Part shown: positions 10,842-19,652 of the stretch, piece by piece | How positions within the stretch are numbered: the first letter of the stretch is position 1 | How the letters are laid out: every line of letters starts with the position of its first letter | NCBI GenBank assembly: GCA_009859145.1 | Contig: VRVR01000025.1 | Location: forward strand, 261,491-325,490 | DNA from: Andalucia godoyi And28 | Lineage: Eukaryota; Protista; Jakobida | Reading direction: 5' to 3' | Length of the DNA: 64,000 bases | The notes under the pieces: model-generated | Seen by the model: only the letters and a program-made list of their open reading frames with translations | What the model was told of the DNA's origin: nothing | The model's database searches: none | Made by a program: the position numbers and the translations under genes

Positions 10842-13800
10842 TCACGGAGAAGTGGCCGTGCCCATGTGTACAGGAAACCCTCGAGGGCTCAGGCAATGTA
10901 AAGGCAGCCCAAAACAATCGCACGCGATGTCATCCAGACACGCACCATCGGCGATCGCCAGTGGCACCCGCAGAATTGTGCACTCTGCAAGATCGGCACT
11001 GTCATTCTTCTCACGCAACTCGTGGACAAGATCCTTGATGAGATCGACGTTCGATGTTGCACTCTGGCTCTGCGACCAACCACACAAGAAAGACTGTGAT
11101 CGTGCAAGTAGCGAGACGAGACGGAGGTCATGCTTCTTCGCACAATCCAGCGCATGGTTGATGCATGCTTCCGCTGAGTATGAGACCTCTCCACGTACCA
11201 ACGGCGCCCCAGAATGAACGACAACTCGATAACAAGTCAGCCAAAGCCAAGGCTCCCATATCGAAGGACGACTCTGGAATTGAGAAAGCAGCGCGGAACA
11301 TAAGCTCCCGGCCTTCTGTAGCTTCTTCAGATTGCGACAGCGAATGAAAGCATCAATCTGCAACAGACGAAGCATGGCGGACACCCGGTCATTTTCAGCG
11401 AGAACATCAATGTGCAGCAGCATTTCCGAGAAACACTCGGACGACGCTCGCTTGAAGTCCTCTGCATCGAATCCTGAACCACTCGACACTGATACAAGCC
11501 GTGCATAACTGAAGATCAGGTCAATTTCCGACAGTATTAATCCAGCCCACTTGGCGGTTGCAAAATCGACGAAAGGACGGATCAGTTCTACTTCGGCAAC
11601 ATATTCAAGGACAAGCGGGACGTTCTGTTCCAAAACAATCGTCGAAAGGATCATCAGGACTCGCTGCAACAGATGAACAGGACCATGCTCCAGCACTGGA
11701 ACATTCTCACACGACCCAAGCAAGTTCCGCGAATGCGTAATATCGCCGGTAAGCCACGACGTCAGGGCACCGATCGAGGCCGTGCACACGACAGGATTGT
11801 GGCAACCGTAATGTCCACCCGATCGCAAAAGATGCATCTGGTCATGCGTATACAGGTACAAAACAGAATCAACGTACCCCGAAATTCGGCGAAGATCTAC
11901 CGTTTCCAAGGCACCATGAACCATCATATGGCACAGTTGAGCATTGACCACAACATTGGTCGAAAACTGCATGCAACTGGTCTGCAACGTCGACAGCAAG
12001 GCGGCCAAGTTGTCGCTCTGGTGCCGATCTGTAAGAATGAAAAACTTGACGGAGGCAATTCGATAGAACAACAGGTCATCGTAGGCATCTGGCTTGATAC
12101 GCAAGGCTCTATCGCACATGTCCAGCAGCCTTTCTTGTTCCGCAGCGGTAAATGACGATTTCTTGGCGGAAAGGAAAATCATTTCCGCCAACGCTCGAAA
12201 TTCATCATTGACCAGCGGCGCTTCCGCCCGTGTTCGCATAAGATTGATATACCAGAAGATGCGGCGACATGTAGCGGTTCGCTTCGCCGTCCGATAGAGA
12301 GGAAGTTCATCCAATAGCATGAATTCTTGTTTCATGGCGTTCGTTGCCATTACCGCCACACGTTCCGCGGAAACAAGATTGGATTCCACATTCACCTTCA
12401 GCTGCGAGTACAAATGAATCGCATGCAACTCATAAATCTGCATGCGAGAAAACGGATAAGGCAGTCGCTTCGCAAACCCTTGAAAACGCCTAATTGGGGT
12501 TGTGGGCAGCAGAGGTGAAAACTGGAAATCATCCTCACCGTCCTCACTGTCCTCTCCGTCGTCCCCGGTGCTGGATCGCTTTCGCACGCCGGGATGGTTG
12601 GTAGACATCCTTCTGTTGCGTCCTCGGCTCTGCGTTGACGATTTTACAGGGGCCTCGACGTCGTGGATTGCAAATTCAGCCAGTTCCAATGGAATAGAAA
12701 AGGACGGCAGACGTCGCGTGGACAAGTGAAGAAGCGCCTTCTGGGCCAAGTTCGCAATGCGACCGTGGATCTCAGCCTTCTCGGAAGCCGGGGTAATTTC
12801 ATAAATGGCATTCGCAATCCGTCGAGACGCAATGGTGTACACCTCCTCTGGAACTTGCTGAGGCTCAGCAGACGAAAACTCATCACTGGACATGGATCGA
12901 ACCACTCGAAGAACACACAGCGAGTCCAAAACGCGATCGAAGTGTGCTTCTGTATTCTGTTGTGCAATAAAGAGTCGACGCAAGAAAGACTGCGGACATT
13001 CTCTGGCAAACTGGTTGAACGCAGCAAGGATCTTCAATAAATCCATCCCTTGCACATCGACAAGCGTTGGAAGTAACACCATCACAAACAGTTGCAGCTG
13101 ATCGGATTTCGCCGAAAAACGGTCTAGCAGGGCCTCGATATCTGCCACGGGTTCCGTAGACGAAAAGTCGACTTCACGGACACCTGTGCAGCCCACGATG
13201 CGGTTCTTGACAAGATGGTGAATGACGTACGACAAGTTGGCGTTCGTGGATATCTTTGACGAAAGAAGGTGGATGACTCGTTCCGCGACCGAGACAGCAA
13301 GAGGAAAGTACGAAGCAAACACGGCCCGAACTTCCTCCGCAGAAACACAATCAGCAGGAATCGCAGAAATATGCGGGGCAATGTCGCTTGCAAAGAGCTT
13401 CTCCGACTTTGGGCTGGACGAAGAACCACACCCGTCGACGCATACTCGAATCTCCTTCTGCAATGACTGCAGATCCTCCGGATCTTGATAAGACATGACA
13501 ATCAAAAATCTCTCAGGAGGAAACTGAAGGAGCGGAATAAGAATCTCCCTTGTAAGGTGGTCCATTTTGTGAACATTCGTCACCGTCAAGAGAATGGGAG
13601 AATACGGACTGGACAGTGCAAATGCACGTATGAGTTTCAGCAGCATGTTTCCGCACCTTCTCATTTTCGAAACGTCATCGAACCTCCGGCTGCTCGGAGT
13701 GGTTTTGAACATGAAAAAGCTGTGTATGATTGGATTGAGAAATTCTAGTAGCTCTCTATCTTCCGCATCGAAGACATCCCACAAATATTGGACAAGCGAT

Positions 13801-15755
13801 GCGGCATCTCCCAGAGTATCGTTCGGAATGAACAAGCGAAACAACGCGCGGAACGTCTCCAGGGGCGAGTACCGGACGTCATCCTCGTTGGAGACATCGC
13901 AAACGACATCTCGATATCCGAAAGATATGCACAACGAACGAATATAAGCAATCAAAAACGACTGACCAACGCCATGGGAATCATCAACTAGCACAACATG
14001 ACCGTCGCAGCCAATGTGACGATCGCCAGGTCGCAGAGGAGAAGACTTGCTAGTTAGCATGGATGATGAGAAGCGCTGAATCAAAAAGGATATGATGCGC
14101 AATGGAAACGCAATTGGAATAATGATAGTATCAAAAATGGGATCAACTTGCAGGCGGTCTGTTCGAAGAACCCATGTTTCGCCATGTAAGAACGAGGATC
14201 CGTTGGCACTCCACGAGTTGCTTCGATTGTCTTCCTCGTCATCGTCATCGAAGCGTGCGTGTTCACCGCTCCCTACTGCACTGTCGTCGCCGAACAACTC
14301 AAACTCGAAAAGATGGCGGACAACATGAAAGCAAACATTGTTGATCACACAGCCTTCCTCAATGGAATTGCTGAGCAATCTCGATTCGTCCACAAGACTG
14401 TCAAAAACAGACAGGCGTCTTGCATCCATCCCGGACCCAAAGCCCAGCACACTCAACGAGCAGCTTTCCGAGCTTGACACGCCGATGGAGCACTGCTTGA
14501 AGTGTTGCAGCAGATACGTGGCAAATGTCATGGCAGAGAATGCATGCAAATCCGTGAAAACAGGAAGACCGAATGCAACAACCAAAAAAAGGAAATCACC
14601 GCTGACGTAGCACTCCACAATCAGGGACTGGCCTGCTAAGGGGATCGATTTTGAAATGAAAGACATGCATTCCGAGAGTTCACGATCCGAAACGTCGATC
14701 TGCGCAGTCAATACGGTAGCTGCGGTGGGCAGCAGCATACGAGGAAACGTTGCATCGGCAACAATGAACTTCAGGGAGATGGGCAACGCAAAGAGCTTCA
14801 AAAAATCCAATTTCCGCGCATTGCCATGCAGCAACGGCAACACCTGCTCCATGCTGAACGGCAGCATACGTGGACGCATTCCGATCACGTCGTTCAAGGA
14901 GAGCACAAAGTCATCACCGCAATCTTCTTCCAGAACGTGAACTCCCTGCGCTACTAGCAAATCACGAGCTTCCTTGTTGAGAACCACGTGCCCCTTCAAG
15001 CAAGAGTACGCAGTTCGAATCGCACTCGCAAACCCATCGCCTCCGAGTATGCGTGAAGCAAACGCACAGCCCCGGACAAAATGCATGGTTTTCACGGTGC
15101 CCACAGCAACGCAAGACGACTGCTCAAAGCCTTCATCAAACACTCCCGACGAGACGCACTCAGCAATCGAATGTGCCGCAGACAACACCCGATCATGCAC
15201 AGTACCATCGCGAAACAAGAAAAGCAGGTGTTTCATGTTGATAGATTCTACCAGACCCCCAAATTTATGAACCGTCCGGATGATTGCCTGAATCCGCACA
15301 CTGAACGAAACACTGTCAAACGCGGACATTCCAGGGCTCGTCGATTCCGTCTCCACAAGCACTGAATCCGAATTGAGTACGCAGTAATGAAGTCGAACAC
15401 ACAGAACTGCACAGTCTCGAAGTTTTCGAGTTTCCAGCGTTTGAAACGATGCCCAGTACGGGTCCTCCGCAAGAAACCGCAGCAAGTCCTCGGACACGAA
15501 AGGGGCGATTTTGAGCACATCGTTCGTTGACAGTCCCGCATACAACCCATGGGTCGCAGCCAAGAAATCACTAGGAAACGACGAACTTATAGAATCTTCA
15601 GTCAGATTGTTGTTTTGCATATCCGGACTCCGAGTGTCGCCGCGATCTGTTTTGAGCGACGGTTTGATCGGAGTGCTAACCGGTACAGGATCGGATGCAG
15701 CACCGTCCAGAGATCCCCCCTTCTTAACGTCGTTCTTGGAGGATCCACAGCCCAT
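10842..15755 (-). CDS. ADCY10/soluble adenylyl cyclase-like protein (two class III cyclase-like domains + STAND NTPase + helical C-terminus), catalytically degenerate
   Basis: 1637 aa, N-terminal MGCGSSK. Cyclase remnants IIRTVHKFGGLV and FLVVAFGLP...CSIGVSS...RRLSVFDSLVDESRLL; NTPase remnants VVLVDDSHGVGQSFLI and PILLTVTNVHKMD; order matches ADCY10. Confidence 0.7.
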   Translation of the reverse strand: MGCGSSKNDVKKGGSLDGAASDPVPVSTPIKPSLKTDRGDTRSPDMQNNNLTEDSISSSFPSDFLAATHGLYAGLSTNDVLKIAPFVSEDLLRFLAEDPYWASFQTLETRKLRDCAVLCVRLHYCVLNSDSVLVETESTSPGMSAFDSVSFSVRIQAIIRTVHKFGGLVESINMKHLLFLFRDGTVHDRVLSAAHSIAECVSSGVFDEGFEQSSCVAVGTVKTMHFVRGCAFASRILGGDGFASAIRTAYSCLKGHVVLNKEARDLLVAQGVHVLEEDCGDDFVLSLNDVIGMRPRMLPFSMEQVLPLLHGNARKLDFLKLFALPISLKFIVADATFPRMLLPTAATVLTAQIDVSDRELSECMSFISKSIPLAGQSLIVECYVSGDFLFLVVAFGLPVFTDLHAFSAMTFATYLLQHFKQCSIGVSSSESCSLSVLGFGSGMDARRLSVFDSLVDESRLLSNSIEEGCVINNVCFHVVRHLFEFELFGDDSAVGSGEHARFDDDDEEDNRSNSWSANGSSFLHGETWVLRTDRLQVDPIFDTIIIPIAFPLRIISFLIQRFSSSMLTSKSSPLRPGDRHIGCDGHVVLVDDSHGVGQSFLIAYIRSLCISFGYRDVVCDVSNEDDVRYSPLETFRALFRLFIPNDTLGDAASLVQYLWDVFDAEDRELLEFLNPIIHSFFMFKTTPSSRRFDDVSKMRRCGNMLLKLIRAFALSSPYSPILLTVTNVHKMDHLTREILIPLLQFPPERFLIVMSYQDPEDLQSLQKEIRVCVDGCGSSSSPKSEKLFASDIAPHISAIPADCVSAEEVRAVFASYFPLAVSVAERVIHLLSSKISTNANLSYVIHHLVKNRIVGCTGVREVDFSSTEPVADIEALLDRFSAKSDQLQLFVMVLLPTLVDVQGMDLLKILAAFNQFARECPQSFLRRLFIAQQNTEAHFDRVLDSLCVLRVVRSMSSDEFSSAEPQQVPEEVYTIASRRIANAIYEITPASEKAEIHGRIANLAQKALLHLSTRRLPSFSIPLELAEFAIHDVEAPVKSSTQSRGRNRRMSTNHPGVRKRSSTGDDGEDSEDGEDDFQFSPLLPTTPIRRFQGFAKRLPYPFSRMQIYELHAIHLYSQLKVNVESNLVSAERVAVMATNAMKQEFMLLDELPLYRTAKRTATCRRIFWYINLMRTRAEAPLVNDEFRALAEMIFLSAKKSSFTAAEQERLLDMCDRALRIKPDAYDDLLFYRIASVKFFILTDRHQSDNLAALLSTLQTSCMQFSTNVVVNAQLCHMMVHGALETVDLRRISGYVDSVLYLYTHDQMHLLRSGGHYGCHNPVVCTASIGALTSWLTGDITHSRNLLGSCENVPVLEHGPVHLLQRVLMILSTIVLEQNVPLVLEYVAEVELIRPFVDFATAKWAGLILSEIDLIFSYARLVSVSSGSGFDAEDFKRASSECFSEMLLHIDVLAENDRVSAMLRLLQIDAFIRCRNLKKLQKAGSLCSALLSQFQSRPSIWEPWLWLTCYRVVVHSGAPLVRGEVSYSAEACINHALDCAKKHDLRLVSLLARSQSFLCGWSQSQSATSNVDLIKDLVHELREKNDSADLAECTILRVPLAIADGACLDDIACDCFGLPLHCLSPRGFPVHMGTATSP

Positions 15756-17467
15756 CGCTCGACGACTACAAACTCACCTTCGAGGTTCACAGAAGAAGAA
15801 AGAAAAAAAGGCCAGAGGAGCTGCGTGGAACCAAAAGCAGATCCCAAAAACAAAACCAAAACCAAAACCAAAACAAACCAATATGAACTAGCAATACCCA
15901 ACAACACAAGTCAAAAAATTGATGATAAGTGAATATCAGAAAAAAACAAGAGGGAAAACTACACGATTAATAAGAGATGTCTGATTGGTATCACGACATC
16001 CGAAAAACGGTTCAAAAACGACGCCCCAGCAAGACAGAAGAAGAATGGCGAGAATTTAAAATAAAAAGTAATAGTGATGATGATGTTTGAACTAACAGGG
16101 CGAAAGTATCTAGCAATGCGCAAGTCCCTTTTCGCACACTCCAGCCTGTGAACGTTTGCAGAGGAAAACAAATGTAAAAGAAGCGAACGATGGTTTCTTT
16201 TATTGAAACGAGGACAGCGACATCTTGTTTCTTCTTACACAGTCGGACTTCTTTTGGCTTGCGTTTTGTCTGTTTCCTGTTCTGTTTCAAACTATCGCAT
16301 ACGTGAGGACGTTTGACGTTCGCCGATGGATGGCTGCTAGAAGCTGCTACGACAAACTCCGCATCTGATCATGCCATCTGATCCCCGGCGCGTTCGCCAT
16401 GCGGGCAGGCTGCGCGGGTTGTTACAACATAAAAGTTACTGTCATTTGTGTTGTCCCCTGTGACCCGTCGTATTTTCTGCCTGTCACTGCGATTCATGCC
16501 GCGGTTTGCGTGGAAATGTTTGGGGAAGCCTTTTTGGCATGCCGCATGAATGACGGTGAATCAGGAGACCGGCAACTTCGGCGCCTAAACGAAGGGAGGG
16601 TGTGTGTGCTGCTGCTGTCCAGCGTAGCGCACACGGCGGACTCCACACGCGACAGGGGACGTGTTTTTATTATTTTATATATATATATATATTTGACCGT
16701 CTTTTGCCTTGTCTGCTCATACACGAGGGACATCGTCCGAAGAGTGGCCGACGTAGAGGGGCTCCATTATTCACAACTGATCTTGGGCAACACAACAAAC
16801 ACACAAAAGCAGCGAGTGCAATGGATAGGGCTCGCAACAGATTTTCTCTTCTTACAAACACCCCCGGCCCGCCTTCCCTCCAAAGGGTATAAACAGAAAG
16901 GGGGGCCGAGTCGGATGAGGTGGGTTGCGGAACGTTCGAGAGGAGTGCTTTGTGGACTAAAGATGGCACAAGAGAAGCGGGGGACCTGCAGACCACGGTA
17001 TATGCCGTGTCGACGTCCTTGCAGGTGCCCCGCAGCGTTGCTTTTCTTGCATGGGGGTTTTTGGCAGTTGGGTGGAGAGAAAGATTCGTGCCAGGTGCAG
17101 TTTCATTCTGCTCACACAGGGCTTCGAGACTGGGAATTCTCGAAATGCGTACGGAAGCTTCCTCCTCACTTCCATATCGCTGCCGAGTATTCGAAGTGGT
17201 GTTTCTTCGGGTTTGGAAGTATGGAACTAGATGTGGTGTTGAGGTCCAGGCGAATGGCAGTCCGTATCCTATTGTCGTTGCTGTTTTAATGCTTCTTGTT
17301 TTTTTCAGAAATTCAAAAAACAACATTATCGAGGTGTTTCTGCCTTCTGATTCTTTTGATTTTTGATTTTGTTTTTGTTTTTGTCTCTGTCTTTCATGTC
17401 TGTTGTCTGATCATTGTTATTACTGTTTTTAATTATTATTATCATTATTATTATTATTTAATATAAC

Positions 17468-19489
17468 ATGGATAGTCAGGATAACCACGATAGCCTGGTT
17501 ACGCCTCTTGTTGGAGGGATTGTTCCGCTGTCCGCTTTCTGCCAGCCCTCGCTGTACAGCACCTTCATGCACCACGCTTCCATGCCGAGTAGCAACAGCG
17601 AGCAGATGGATCACCACATGGCGTTCCAGCTCCATAATCAAGCCCCCGTGCCCCAGTATCCGCAGCAGCAGCAGCAGCAGACCAAGGCCGTGCTTTCGAA
17701 CGATTGCCTAGTCAGTGCTCTACCAGCTTCCGTACTTCCTCTTCCAACCACCGACAATGGACATGCGCACGGCATGAGCACCACGGAGTCTTCGCCCGAA
17801 AACGACGCCCACCATTCTGACGACGGACAGTCATGCGATCGCGCTGACAATGCTCCTCTTGACGAATCTGCTCCCTCCAATTCTGTGTTCTCTTCCAGCA
17901 ACTGCATGCGCACGGTTACGATTTCTGTCCCTCCTCCCGAAGCTGCATCTCGCCCTCCTCACTCGCAGAGAGGCAACAATCCGCCACCACCAATGGGACC
18001 CATTCACACTGCTCAAATCCCGCTTCCTCTAGGGTCGCTTATGGATTGTCCATCCTCGTCTTCGTCCTCTTCTCCGGGAATCCACGAACACGAATGGTCC
18101 GATCCGTGCATTCCTGGAGTGTCGCGATTTGTGGTGTACTCCAAGACCGGGAGAACCGCGTTTCACACCTGGAAGCCTTCATACGATGAAATGAATCTCG
18201 AAGATGCAGAGTGGTACAAGACATCTGTCTACACGCTGTGCATCCGCATTGAGCTTGCCGGCCATGAGCGAAGTTCGCTTTCGTCTAAAAATTCGCGATC
18301 TTCCGGCCACCGATCCAGCATTGCGGACCGCAGTGTGGATTCCTGCGGATTGGTGGTTCCGCCATTTGGCCACTTTGATAACAGTCTGTCGAACGGTTTT
18401 GGCCCGAACCATGTGGCATCCAACGGATCCCGGAAGAGCCCGTATGACAGTGGGTCGCAACAGTCGTCCAGCCACCAGTCTGTGCCTTCTCCTGAAAATG
18501 ATTATGATTTGCGTTTCGACGACGAAACCAATGTATTACCAAAGAGTTCTTCGCGCTCGTCTTCCAGTTCGTCCTCCTACATATCTTTAGGATCGAACGG
18601 CCAGCCGAGAGTTGGCGTGCCTCTCGGAGATACTGCGAAGCTGCCATTCAACCCGCAGACGTCCGAGTTCGAGGCACACTTGTACCTCGTCAGCGACGGA
18701 GATTTCGTTGTCGTGGAGGGAGGTCTGAAGTTTCACAAATCCGGCCCGTATCGCATTTCTCGCAGATCGGCGGGTATCTTCCAGGGAGAGCTTGGTTCTT
18801 TTTCGCCGACCCGATTCTCCTTTGTGCACAACGGTGAGCACAACCGATTCAGAGTGCTAGTTGCCATTCACGCGGTGCCCGTGTCGTCGAATTCGTCCGA
18901 CGCACCGGCGGCAAAGCGAAAGCCTGCATCTGCGTCTTCTGGTCAGTGGTACTACACGCTTTCGCCTCCGTTCCTCATCAAGTCAAAGAAACCGAAGAGG
19001 GCAATTTTATCGCAGAGAACAGGACGAAAACAAAAGCACACTGACGACTCACAAGCCACTGGTCGCTCGATGTACAATATGGAAGAGTTCGAGAGAGATC
19101 CTCTGGCGTCTGCATTGTTAGCCGGGGCTGCTGCTGCACCGGGGTTCCTTCCTCCTCCTCCTCCCGGCTTGATGCAATCTATATTACGAAGCATGAACAT
19201 CAACCAGGCCATGTTGCACCCGTCGAACATGACAAATTCTTCTGCGTTCGCGATCATGCAGCAGCTCTTAGCCCAGAACTCCAGTACACAGGGAGCGCAA
19301 CAAAACGCTCTGCACAACAGCTTTCTGCAGATGGGTTCCCAGCAAGGAGTCTCTGGCCCTCCAGCGTCGGTTCCTCAGCTGTTGAGCATTCCGTCTGTTC
19401 AAGGGCAGCAAACCCACAACTTTGCTCCCGATCCACCTTCCGCCTCTTCCATCGATCAAATGTACACCATTCCAGCTTCTTTTTCGTGA
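17468..19489 (+). CDS. putative transcription factor (TF2), paralog of 8951..10609
   Basis: 673 aa with poly-Q/S/P tracts. Shares VYSKTGRT...EWYKTSVYTLCIRIEL, GLKFHKSGPYRISRRS, FSFVHNGEHNRFRVLV and LSPPFLIKSKKPKR with TF1. Confidence 0.72.
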   Translation: MDSQDNHDSLVTPLVGGIVPLSAFCQPSLYSTFMHHASMPSSNSEQMDHHMAFQLHNQAPVPQYPQQQQQQTKAVLSNDCLVSALPASVLPLPTTDNGHAHGMSTTESSPENDAHHSDDGQSCDRADNAPLDESAPSNSVFSSSNCMRTVTISVPPPEAASRPPHSQRGNNPPPPMGPIHTAQIPLPLGSLMDCPSSSSSSSPGIHEHEWSDPCIPGVSRFVVYSKTGRTAFHTWKPSYDEMNLEDAEWYKTSVYTLCIRIELAGHERSSLSSKNSRSSGHRSSIADRSVDSCGLVVPPFGHFDNSLSNGFGPNHVASNGSRKSPYDSGSQQSSSHQSVPSPENDYDLRFDDETNVLPKSSSRSSSSSSSYISLGSNGQPRVGVPLGDTAKLPFNPQTSEFEAHLYLVSDGDFVVVEGGLKFHKSGPYRISRRSAGIFQGELGSFSPTRFSFVHNGEHNRFRVLVAIHAVPVSSNSSDAPAAKRKPASASSGQWYYTLSPPFLIKSKKPKRAILSQRTGRKQKHTDDSQATGRSMYNMEEFERDPLASALLAGAAAAPGFLPPPPPGLMQSILRSMNINQAMLHPSNMTNSSAFAIMQQLLAQNSSTQGAQQNALHNSFLQMGSQQGVSGPPASVPQLLSIPSVQGQQTHNFAPDPPSASSIDQMYTIPASFS

Positions 19490-19652
19490 TCACAGGAGAC
19501 GACACCACAGTTGCTCATGACAACAACAGCCCACACAACTAATAAAGAAATGTAAGATACACGTCGTTTTTTAAAAAAAGTATTCAACTCAAGAAGACAA
19601 ACAAGAGAGACGAGGCAGCGGCAGAGACAGAGCCAGAAAGAACCAGATTTTC

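Noticed and set aside
15756-15790. gtgagtttgtag just upstream of the cyclase-like ATG as a micro-intron
   Set aside because: Only 12 nt long, in the UTR, with no supporting examples elsewhere in the window.
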